A stretch of DNA of 64,000 bases from Balanoglossus misakiensis. Taxonomy: Eukaryota > Animalia > Hemichordata. The DNA lies in the NCBI GenBank assembly GCA_040954595.2, contig CM082579.2, positions 14,484,550-14,548,549 of the forward strand. The letters are read 5' to 3'. This document shows, one piece after another, positions 52,701 through 62,321 of the stretch. How positions within the stretch are numbered: the stretch's first letter is position 1; each line of letters starts with the position of its first letter. Under the pieces are notes generated by a model. The model did no database searches and was not told where the DNA came from. It saw only the letters and a program-made list of their open reading frames with translations. The translations under genes were made by a program, and so were the position numbers.

Positions 52701-54757
52701 ATATCATTGTTGAAAATCATCAAAAAATGACAAATTTTCCTCTTTGCAAAATCTCAAAATTTCGTCGATTTTTGAAAAAAGACATGGGTGAAAATCATCA
52801 AAAAATGACAAATTTTCGACTTTGCAAAATCTCAAAATTTTGTCGATTTTTGAAAAAATCATGGGTGAAAATCATGAAAAAATGACAAATTTTCGACTTT
52901 GCAAAATCTGAAAATTTCGTCGATTTTTGAAAAAAATCATGGGGGAAAATGATCAAAAATTGACAAATTTTCGACTGCAAAATCTCAAAATTTCGTCAAT
53001 TTTGAAAAAAATCATGGTCGAAAATCATCAAATAATGACAATTTTTTTACTGCAAAATCTCAAAATTTCATCGATTTTTGAAAAAAATCATGGGTGAAAA
53101 TCATCAAAAAATGACAAATTTTCGACTTTGCAAAATCTCAAAATTTCGTCGATTTTTGAAGAAAATCAAGGGTGAAAATCATCAAAAAATGACAAATTTT
53201 CGACTTTGCAAAATCTCAAAATTTCGTCGATTTTTGAAAAAAATCATGGGGAAAATGATCAAAAAATGACAAATTTTCGACTGCAAAATTTCAAAATTTC
53301 GTCAATTTTGAAAAAATCATGGGTGAAAATCATCAAAAAATGACAAATTTTCGACTGCAAAATCTCAAAATTTCGTCGATTTTTGAAAAAAAACGGGTGA
53401 AAATCATCAAAAAATTACAAATTTTCGACTGCAAAAACTCGTCAATTTTGAAAAAAATCATGGGTGAAAATCATCAAAAAATGACAAATTTTCCTCTTTG
53501 CAAAATCTATAAATTTCGTCGATTTTTGAAAAATTTTCAACTTTGCAAAATCTCAAAATTTCGTCGATTTTTGAAAAAAATCATGGGGGAAAATCATCAA
53601 AAAATGACAAATTTTCGACTGCAAAATCTCAAAATTTCGTCGATTTTTGAAATAAATCATTGTTGAAAATTATCAAAAAATGACAAATTTTCGACTTTGC
53701 AAAATCTCAAAATTTCGTCGATTTTTTGAAAAAAGACGGGTGAAAATCATCTAAAAATGACAAATTTCGACTTTGCAAAATCTCAAATTTCGTTGATTTT
53801 GAAAAAAATCATGGGGAAAATCATCAAAAAATGACAAATTAACGACTACAAAATCTCAAAATTTTGCCAATTTTGAAAAAATCATGGGTAAAATCATCAA
53901 AAAATGACAATTTTTTTACTGCAAAATCTCAAATTTTCGTCGATTTTTTTAAAAAAAATTGTGAAAATCATCAAAAAATGACAAATTTTTGACTGCAAAA
54001 TCTCAAAATTTCGTCGATTTTTTAAAAAAAATCATTGTTGAAAATCATCAAAAAATGACAAATTTTAGACTTTGCAAAATCTCAAAATTTCGTCGATTTT
54101 TGAAAAAAAATCATGGAGGAAAATCATTAAAAAATGACAAATTTACGACTGCAAAATCTCAAAATTTCGTCAATTTTTGAAAAAAATCATGGTTGAAAAT
54201 CATCATGACAATGACAAATTTTCGACTTTGCAAAATCTCAAAATTTCGTCGATTTTGAAAAAAATCATGGTTCGTCCATTTTTGAAAAAAAAACATTGGG
54301 TGAAAATCATCAAAAAATGACAAATTTTCGACTTTGCAAAATCTCAAAATTTCGTCGATTTTTGAAGAAAATCATGGTGAAAATCATCAAAAAATGACAA
54401 ATTTTCGACTTTGCAAAATCTCAAAATTTCGTCGATTTTTGAAAAAAATCATGGGGGAAAATCATCAAAAAATTACAAATTTTCGACTGCAAAATCTCAA
54501 AATTTCGTCAATTTTGAAAAAATCATCGGTGAAAATCATCAAAAAATTACAAATTTTTTACTGCAAAATCTCAAATTTTCGTCGATTTTTTAAAAAAATT
54601 GTTGAAAATCATCAAAAAATGACACATTTTCCTCATTTGCAAAATCTCAAAATTTCGTCGATTTTTGAAAAAAGACGGGTGAAAATCATCAAAAAATGAC
54701 AAATTTTCGACTTTGCAAAATCTCAAAATTTCGTCGATTTTTTGAAAAAAATCATGG
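46760..54757 (+). repeat. Distal, more diverged satellite layer containing 76-bp CGACTGC monomers and ~3.9-4.2-kb duplicated blocks
   Basis: CGACTGCAAAA (2-bp deletion), ATCTATAAA, GAAAAATTTTCAACTTTG and GAAATAAATCATTGTTG variants are frequent here. ORF offsets are 3930 (48868/52798, 49148/53078, 49389/53319) and 3975 (47759/51734, 48064/52039). Confidence 0.85.
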
Positions 54758-55320
54758 CAGGTGTCAAAGGTATCCCCCTGTATTTGGCATTTCATGATAG
54801 TTTCATCCCTCCAAATACCAAAGCTGCACCTGTACAACGGGATGAGATATGGCACTGTATGACAGAGGTCATCAAAATCACCTTATACATTTGGGCAAAA
54901 CCAACTGACACTTACATTCGTCCCTGTGGAACAAAAACCACACCTATCGCCCTGTTGGTTAGTGTCCAATAAATGTACAAAATCAATGACTTAGGCAGGT
55001 GCAACAGGTGACCCCGCCTTTGGTATATCATTATGGTCCCATCCGTATATGCCCCCCCCCCCCCCAAGCCAAAGCTGCATGCATCTTCTGTAGATGCTCA
55101 CTAAGCAAAAGTAGGTGAAAGGTCACATAAGGTCGCCCACAACTTGACGGGAAAATCGGACTTCATATTGATCCATGTGCAACAAATACCACCGTACCAC
55201 CCCTTTCATTGACCCCACAATTACGCATGCACATAATTATTGAGTTACGCAGGTGTCACAGGTGAACCCCGAATCGGGTGTATTATTTTGGTCCCATACA
55301 GCTGCATGTAGCTGCGTGCC
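54758..55320 (+). repeat. Degenerate tandem repeat, ~240-255-bp unit, about 2.3 copies
   Basis: The motif CAGGTG(T/C)...AGGT..(A)CCCC...TGGTCCCAT...AGCTGCA starts at 54758, 54996 and 55250, giving spacings of 238 and 254 bp. The first copy is the most diverged. Confidence 0.7.
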
Positions 55321-55379
55321 GTTACGGGCGACCTGATAACCCACACGGCCACCTGCGGGCCGACCCCCATACTGAACGT

Positions 55380-55635
55380 CCAGTTGCAACATCACGACTG
55401 AAGTAGGAACTTTTGAACGGCAACGAAGCCTGATCTCTGATTATTGCTGGTACCAAACTCCCTTCGTGCAAGAAAATCACTGGTCTGCTGACGTATTTCA
55501 GGCAATTTCCCAAACTACTATCCACTACATGTGACTACAATGCTAATGAAACCTCCCACAACATTAGCGACTTAGAGTCAAAGCCCACTGCCAGTGTAGC
55601 CGGGTTTGCGTAGACACATTTGAATGGCAACAGCT
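55380..55635 (+). repeat. Degenerate ~207-bp repeat unit(s) of a host element, interrupted by the LINE and resuming at ~58805
   Basis: GTAGGAACTTTTGAACGGCAAC (~55403) resembles GTAGACACATTTGAATGGCAAC (~55610). AATCACTGGTCTGCTGACGTATTTCAGGC (~55475) resembles AATCACTGGTCTGTTTACGTATTTCAGCC (~58858). Confidence 0.7.
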
Positions 55636-55750
55636 AACAAATAATAACAATTCTTTATTTCAGACTTTAAAAAAAGTCCATATACCCAAAAGAGAGAAGA
55701 AAAAAAAACAATAATAATAATCTGACACTGAGACACACACAAAAAAAAAC

Positions 55751-58700
55751 TTACATGATATACAATTGCTTTCGCCAATGTTTGAAAAATATGCTGTCAG
55801 TCGCTCTATCTGATGAACAGATCGCATCAAGTAAAACATGAGAAGAATTTTCGAGTCTACGCTTAATATGGGTCCCTGGGATCTTTTTGCTCGTTGCTAT
55901 GGGCCTTTATAGGACATTACACCCCGATTTGGACTAAGCCGTTTTCAGAGTCTAACAAGGGGCTGGTAACTAGTTGAAAATCTGCACGATTGTGAGCGCG
56001 CGCCCCCTGACGCCATTGATATGAAAATTAGCTAGGTCAAATTTCAAAAGCCTAAGGCTATTTATTCCGTGACCTCAAAAACGAACTTGATACGTATTCA
56101 TTAGTTGCTTGAACCAGGGAAGATCGTGACGGATTTTGTTTTCGAATATTATCGTTGTATCCTAAGATTTCAGCATACCCGTACCACACCTGAAAAAGTC
56201 ATCGATTTTGGGTGTTTTTGGACGCACTCTTCCACCGGTATCGCTTCTTAGCACGACGAAAACCGAAAAAACGATCCGTCACACTGTGCGGAAGTGCGTT
56301 CTCAACAAGCAGGTCAAATTTGACTGGCGTACGTGGCCTATGAAAAAAGCCTTAGGGATTTTCGTGAACGGTACAAAATCTCTGTGTACAAAACATTGGA
56401 TTTTTAGCGTTCGATCCAGTTACTGTGGTTACAGGACGCGCACGCTATCGCTGACCGCTGCTTTGCCGTATTAGCGTGGCGGCCTATGGCCGGGTGGTAG
56501 CTGCCGTAAACATACTCGGACAGGGGGTGTGCACATAATCGTGCAGATTTTCAACTAGTTACCAGCCCCTTGTTAGACTCTGAAAACGGCTTAGTCCAAA
56601 TCGGGGTGTAATGTCCTATAAAGGCCCACAGCAACGAGCAAAAAGATCCCAGGGACCCATCTTAAAACTGTACATATTGCGTCTAAAAACTTCACCAAGT
56701 GACAATACATGTACATGGTTTGTAGCAAACATACCCGATGCACAGCAAAATGGTGGAAGACCGAGAAATCTTCTGCAAACATTATTGTACATAGTTTTAA
56801 ATTTTTTCATCGGTTTAACTTTAAAGGATGCCCACAAACTGCAACAGTAAATATTACTACAATATGCCAAAAATAAAACTTTCTTCACATCTTGACTACA
56901 ATGTTGAAAATGTCTCAATAGCATGTTTGCTCTTACACAAAATGCTCTTCTCTGTCGTTCAATATCTTCATTATCACAACCATCACAAGATATAACATGG
57001 CCCAGATAGGTGTGTACAGGTACAAACTTTAAAGTGATGTCATTAAGTTTAACCGAAGGAATTCTTTGAACGCTCATATTCTTCCCATTAAAAAGCATGC
57101 ACACAGTTTTACTAGAATTATAAATGATATCATAATCCTTGCCATAAATTTCACAAATTCTAAGAAGACGGCGTAGACCCTTAATACTTGGACTGAGTAG
57201 AGTCATGTCGTCAGCGTAACCTAAAGTGTTAGCGCTGACACCACACATGGTACAGCTAACTTTGGCTTTACAGAGTGCATTGATAATATCATCAATGTAG
57301 ACATTAAAAAGATAGGGAGAGAGTACCCCCCCCCCTTGTCTTACACCGTTAGAAACAGAAAACAACTCTGAGGTTTCATTACCCCACAACACAGTAAACA
57401 ATTGATTTCTGTACCATTAATATAAAATTCGTACAGCATACAAGGGAACATTCCTGTCGATGTGCTTGTTAATTATAACCAGTTTAAAGTGATTAACTCT
57501 GTCAAAAGCTTTTGAAGCATCCAGAAAACAAGTAAACACTGGTCTTCCATTGCTGGTGTAGTAGCTAATGATTTCTTTAAATGCAAATAAACACAGGTCA
57601 GTTGAATGTTCTCGCTTGAAACCAAATTGTAAATAATGAGAGGTAAGAAACTCCTCACAACGAGAAAGTAAAATATGCTCAAAAACTTTAGAGAAAACAG
57701 TTGCTAGTGCTATCGGCCGGTAGTTACTGGCATCACTACAAAGCTTAGTTTTATCCTTAATAATTGGAACTAAATTAACATTGATAGCCTCAGTTGGCAG
57801 GTAACCATGAACAATCATTGCATTAATACAACAAGTCAAAAAGGGTAAAATAGAGGAGTCTGAGAATTTGAGGTGCTCAGCTAAAATATTGTCAATGCCA
57901 GCTGTCTTACCATCAGGTAACTTATGTATAGCAGAAATTACTTCGTCTTCAGAAACATACATATCAGAAGAAAATTTAACATACTTCATTTTCTCCTCGA
58001 TGTCATTTTTACCAGTCTGAGCCTGGACAGAATTCAAAATATCACTGAAATGCTTGTGCCACATAATTGCAATTTCACTCTCACCAGTCGCTCCACCTAC
58101 AGTGTCAGAAAGCGGCGTTTTTCTGCTAGTTTGCTTTCTGACTTCCTCCCAGAAGTCGTTCTGTTTGTGGCAGCGTAAATTATCAGCCATCTTGTCAGCC
58201 CTATTTTGATTCTCAATCTTTTTACAAGCACGTAAAGCATACTAAAAACGAGCTCTGGAAGATTTCATGGTTTCAAAAAGCGGGCCTTGTTTAGGTTAAC
58301 CCACATTAACCCATAATAAAAACATGGAACGGGCATAGTCGTGACTTTCTTTTACAAAATCGTTCCAGCCAGGCACAACATGAACTTTCTGGTGAAACTT
58401 ACGTCTAATGGTATCTTTTGCAGCACAATTCAATGCGTCCACAATACTACTATAACAAGTATCAATTGCCTGTAAATGCGAAGGGTCTGTACAGTTCACA
58501 TTAGTGCAGAATAACTCTTCGGATAAATTAATCTTATCAATCTTGGCTTTGGTACAACCGGTGTAGGCGGATATATTCTGCTGTGACAATTTTTTCCAAT
58601 CAACTCGAAAATTACATTGCTTGAAGGAACTACTGCTGAAGCTTTCATCAGCAGAAGTGTTGAAATGAACCTCTATTGAAACAGGAATATGGTCGGAGTC

Positions 58701-58775
58701 AACAACATTGCAAAGACTCGAAATTGAAAGAACATTGCTATGAGAAATTTCAGTGGTAACACAGTAGTCAATCCA
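55751..58775 (-). pseudogene. Disabled LINE ORF2 (endonuclease/reverse transcriptase polyprotein)
   Basis: ORFs 58296-58589, 57417-58190 and 56616-57401 share one frame and are separated by in-frame stops: TAA at 58296, TAG at ~58243 and TAA at 57417 (VRILY*WYRNQ). There is no start codon. The true C-terminus (FKRRLENSSHVLLDAICSSDRATDSIFFKHWRKQLYIM*) lies beyond the inserted TIR element. Confidence 0.9.
55867..56661. mobile_element. 795-bp non-autonomous DNA transposon with long TIRs and TTAA target-site duplication (Kolobok-like)
   Basis: TTAA lies at 55863-55866 and 56662-56665. The inverted repeats are near-perfect over ~125 bp (55867-55991 vs 56537-56661) and extend imperfectly to ~140 bp. 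The terminus reads GATGGGTCCC, which is RR-type rather than piggyBac CC. Removing the element restores the LINE reading frame. Confidence 0.9.
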
Positions 58776-58804
58776 AACTCAGCGTAATTCAATAAAACGC
58801 CCTA

Positions 58805-59380
58805 ACACAGCCTGAACTCCGATAATGTGTTGTCCCAAAATTCATTCCGTGGAAAATAATCACTGGTCTGTTTACGTATTTCAGCCGATTTTCCAAGGAC
58901 TACTGCAACCCGCCAGAAGTGAGTAGCCTGCTAATGAGATCTCCACAACATAACGTAATGACGGTCAAAGTCCGATGCCCCAGTGTCCGTCCTCAGCCCA
59001 CCAAAAAAAGCGAAAAAATATTACAAAAATCTTCTTCTCAAAATCGACGTGGCCTAGGACCTTGAAATTTGGCACAGGGGATTTTGGCCACATGGTCTAC
59101 AAAAATCGCGAAAAGAATGTACATGCCCCAATTAACGTGCAAATTAGGTCAATTTGAAAATTTCGCTCGATTATAGCAACAAAGTCACGTGACTAATTAC
59201 AAATTCAAAGGGCTGGTGCACCAGTACTATGGGCCCCAACCACCGTGCCAAATTTGGAAGGCGCACCTGCCGGAATTTCAGAGAAAAACGGGCGCAAAAA
59301 AACGACTCAAGAAGAAAGAAGACAAACTCCAGCAATAACAGAAGGGGACCAAGCGCCTGAGGGCTCTTGGTCCCCTAAAT
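58805..59380 (+). mobile_element. Distal part of a putative non-autonomous Helentron/HINE-like element ending in a GC-rich hairpin
   Basis: It continues the 207-bp repeat, has an internal inverted pair AAATTTGGCAC (59065-59075)/GTGCCAAATTT (59245-59255), a GAA-rich tract, and then the hairpin AGGGGACCAAG-12nt-CTTGGTCCCCT (59343-59376). The classification is inferred from architecture. Confidence 0.45.
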
Positions 59381-60119
59381 ATGGGACTAAACTTGACAGA
59401 TACCCGGAATATTTTCCTATTCAGGATACCTGGTTGCATTTCCACCTAAAGGCGTCCTATTGGCGTGGAAATTGTATAACTTGAAATCGTTTGACTGGGT
59501 GATAGGTATTAATATCTTATGATGTTATAAAACACTTGGCTCGCCGAAGGTATGGACCGATTATAGCGTCAGTCGTGTCATACAATCTATATGAACGTCA
59601 TGGGTCAATAAACTTGATGGTCCAATAAAATTCAATGGTTAGTAAAACTATTGTGTCCAATGTCTGCAGAGTATACTGGCTGCAACATGTGTATGAGTCA
59701 GGATTAATGTCTGTAGCCATCAACCCAAAAGGTGAACGTCCTATTCTCACTAACTTAAATAGGTTTTGCGACCTAGTTGAGTTATAAAAACCTTATGATA
59801 AAGTCGACACAATTTCAAGATGACGATGTGCAAATGAGAGTTCATAAGCTAAAGTAAAGTTCAATGAATTCTATACAAAGTTCAAAAAAGATTGTTTACT
59901 AAAGGAAGACATGAAAAAACTGATATCGTCTCTTCATATTCGTACATGTCCAACTGTTGTGATTTGACCCCTCCCCCCCCCCCCCCAGGACATGGTACAT
60001 GAAGCTATTACTTAGTACACACTTAAACAATTGGCATTTGAAGTGCCTTGCTTGACAGTGTTTAATGCGGTGGTCAGTCGCGTTTATCTCTCGCCACTTC
60101 ATGCATCATGTCGCCTTAA

Positions 60120-60427
60120 AGGGGCAAACTCTCTCTCCCGTCGCCCTTTTCTATTAATAATGTTTGATACAAGACACCGTTTATATTAATGGGCATGTGT
60201 ATATGTAGTGAATGAACGTTCAACCACACACAACTTCCATCCTGCTTGTATGATATGAGAGTAAAAACTCGCCCAAAATGAATAAATGGTAGAGACCGAT
60301 TTTTCAGTTTGGCGAGTTTTCGCTCTCGTGTCTACATGCGGGATGGAAGGTGTGTGCGGTTGAACGTTGCATCACTATATATCCACATTTACATTAACAT
60401 AAACGGTGTTTTGTATTGTCATTTCTT
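60120..60427. mobile_element. Foldback MITE, Kolobok/T2-like, copy 1 (degenerate right terminus)
   Basis: It starts TTAA|AGGGGCA (TTAA at 60116-60119), has long imperfect inverted arms (ATACAAGACACCGTTTAT...ATAAACGGTGTTTTGTAT), has TTAA at 60428-60431, and is homologous to 61214-61504. Confidence 0.75.
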
Positions 60428-61213
60428 TTAATCGTGGATTTTCGTTTCTGATTTGTATGTATAATGAAAATCCATTTTGGGTCACTGCACTTGTTTTCGA
60501 CTTTAAACAAGGCCGTGAATTTAGTCGATAATTGAAGAAAACTGCTGACGGTCAGCATTTTCTACCAATGGTTTGCCTATGGATACAATATTGAACAAAG
60601 TTTATCTCAAAATAGACCGTGGTGAATTTATTTTGATTTGTCGGAGCTATGTGTAAAATTTCCTGAAAATGACAATAATAGAAGGGAGTTTTCTAACTAT
60701 TCTCCATGTACTCCTATGGGAAGAGACACAGGCGCACTGTTTACCAGTTGACGTTCTGCGCGTACATCATTGAGTGTACTGGCAGCTAACTTATTGTTTA
60801 TTTGTAACAGCAATTGGATCTTGGAGCACTGTTTGGAACACCCTTTGTGAAATATGAATGTCCAGAAGGTAAGTTGAATTGACCCTAGCCCTTTCACCAA
60901 CATGGTTCAGTCAAAACCAATTGTTTTCTATGGTAATGTTGGACCTCTAAAGAGGAAACGGGGGGGGGGGAGGGGGTGATGAAAGGTTTAAGACTTACAG
61001 ATCACAACTTAAATAGCCATTCAGAAAGAGGCTTAGAGTGGAGTATCAAATCGGACGATACCACTGACTGGTGGAGGAAGACAAAATAAGCAAACTGAGT
61101 AGATGAGTGCTCAGATTTCTTCAGAGGACCAAACGTTTCAAAGAATTATACGTGACAATCCATGCCTGGTCCGTCAGTAGATATAAACAGAACATTGTGG
61201 CTGTATTCATTAA

Positions 61214-61504
61214 AGGGACAAAGTCTCTCTCTCGCTGCCCTTTTTCCATTAATTATGTTTGATACAAGACTGCGTTTATATTATTCTACATGTGGATATA
61301 GTGAATCAACGTTCAACCATACACACATTCCACTCCGCTTGTATAGACACGAGAGTTTTAAAAAGTCGCCAAAATGAATAAACGGTCTCTACCATTTATT
61401 CATTTCGGGCGGGTTTTTACTCTCGTATCATACAAGCGGGATGGAAGTTGTGTGTGGTTGAACGTTCATTCACTAACATAAACGGTGTCTTGTATCATGT
61501 CCCT
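61214..61504. mobile_element. Foldback MITE, Kolobok/T2-like, copy 2 (291 bp, intact termini)
   Basis: TTAA|AGGGACA ... TGTCCCT|TTAA, with the TSD at 61210-61213 and 61505-61508. The internal inverted arms are ~110 bp long. Confidence 0.88.
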
Positions 61505-61852
61505 TTAACACTTTTGAAGCATTTTACTAATGCTAACATGACTAGACCAATTGAATGATGTTACATTGCAGGTTATCAACTCAGAGGGGCGTCTTGTTAT
61601 AAAGCGGTACCTGACAAACAATCAGCTGGCAACGCTGAAAATACCTGTCAGTCGTAAGTATGAAAGTATACATCATTTGAGTAGAATTTTATGGGAGATC
61701 CTAACAAGGCTTGGACATGTCACGCACAAATACAAAGGGCGCGTATAAAGACAGACAAAACCTCGCTTAGTGTGAGGTGTTCAGCGATTGCATCTGATAA
61801 GTCGAAAATGCTTGATCACGTGTCATGTTCAGTTGGGAAATTGGATATGTCT

Positions 61853-62112
61853 CAGGCCAAAAAAACTAATATGTGCTATTCCGATTACATGGTTTTCAAA
61901 AATAGGGTAGGTAGAAAGGGACATTTTTTTATTTTTCAATTTTTTTATATCTTTGGCCGTCGTAGTGTAGAAGAATGACATCATAGTTCTTGCGTGATTC
62001 TCGCAATTTTCATGAATTGTTGTATATTTGACATCGTTATTTTTACTTCCGGTTTACGAAGATCTAAACTGTTTTGGGTCGGCGGGCTAAAATTAGGGTA
62101 GTTCGGGTAATC
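61853..62112. mobile_element. Possible truncated non-autonomous DNA transposon fragment
   Basis: It begins AGGCCAAAAAAA...TTCCGATTAC and ends GGGTAATCG (inverted CGATTAC/GTAATCG). The subterminal motif AAAAT(T)AGGGTAG occurs twice. The right terminus is missing. Confidence 0.35.
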
Positions 62113-62204
62113 GTTATGACATTGGGAGCTACGGCTGCAAAGCCATGTGTCTCGTGCGAAAAGGGCCAGACAGAGCAACATTCATCAGTAGAGACACTCA
62201 TCGG

Positions 62205-62321
62205 TCGCTCGCTCGCTCGCTCGCTCACTCTCTCTCTCAGAGAGAGGGGGCAGACAGTCAGACAGACCGACGTTGACAGACAGTCAGTAAGTCAGTCAGC
62301 CAGTTAATCAGTCAGTCAGAC
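62205..62321 (+). repeat. Compound microsatellite: (CGCT)n, (CT)n/(AG)n, (CAGT/CAGA)n
   Basis: CGCTCGCTCGCTCGCTCGCTCACTCTCTCTCTCAGAGAGAGGGGGCAGACAGTCAGACAG...CAGTCAGTCAG is read directly from the sequence. Confidence 0.85.

Larger units (their letters stand above)
1..54757 (+). repeat. AT-rich satellite DNA array, ~78-bp monomer (76-79 bp), head-to-tail, single orientation, roughly 700 monomers; continues past the left window edge
   Basis: Continuous tandem copies of ATCATGGGTGAAAATCATCAAAAAATGACAAATTTTCGACTTTGCAAAATCTCAAAATTTCGTCGATTTTTGAAAAAA. The ORF track repeats the 26-aa unit MGENHQKMTNFRLCKISKFRRFLKKI. The array ends abruptly at ...ATCATGG (54757). Confidence 0.99.
55640..58778 (-). 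mobile_element. 5'-truncated non-LTR retrotransposon (LINE; APE endonuclease remnant plus reverse transcriptase; tentatively RTE-X-like)
   Basis: The minus-strand frame holds the APE C-terminus (WIDYC...DSDHIP, ~58775-58683) and RT motifs NYRPIAL, QFGF, FLDASKAFDRV, GVRQGG.LSP.LFNVY, YADD and YLG. The stop is at 55751-55753, followed by a T-rich 3' UTR, AATAAA at 55654-55659 and a short (TTA/TTG)-type tail. The clade call is from motif recall only. Confidence 0.9.

Noticed and set aside
45-54699. Numerous short ORFs encoding MGENHQKMTNFRLCKISKFRRFLKKI-type repeats, and their antisense counterparts
   Set aside because: These are an artefact of a 78-bp (26-codon) monomer with a stop-free frame. 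Frames break constantly at homopolymer indels, so there is no sign of coding constraint.
1-54757. CRISPR-like repeat-spacer array
   Set aside because: There are no unique spacers: the whole unit repeats. There are no cas genes and the context is eukaryotic.
54571-54972. ORFs spanning the satellite-flank junction
   Set aside because: They are chance frames through repeat DNA with no recognisable domain.
56616-56661. Predicted C-terminus MGPWDLFARCCGPL of the 261-aa ORF
   Set aside because: This is read-through into the inserted element's TIR. The genuine C-terminus is at 55751-55866.
55867-56661. piggyBac assignment for the TTAA-flanked elements
   Set aside because: The termini are GA/AG rather than the CC(C/T) typical of piggyBac, which fits Kolobok better.
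56616-58190. RT as a retron, DGR, telomerase or array-generating enzyme acting on the adjacent repeats
   Set aside because: The motifs, APE remnant, 3' UTR with AATAAA and 5' truncation identify an ordinary LINE. It has three nonsense codons and a TE insertion, and nothing links it mechanistically to the satellite.
59184-59191. Budding-yeast CDEI (RTCACRTG) point-centromere element
   Set aside because: It is a common E-box. There is no CDEII/CDEIII, and the context is a metazoan TE.
60960-60978. Poly-G/poly-C runs (also ~55052 and ~59968) as functional G-quadruplex elements
   Set aside because: They are simple homopolymers common in such genomes, with nothing further to suggest function.
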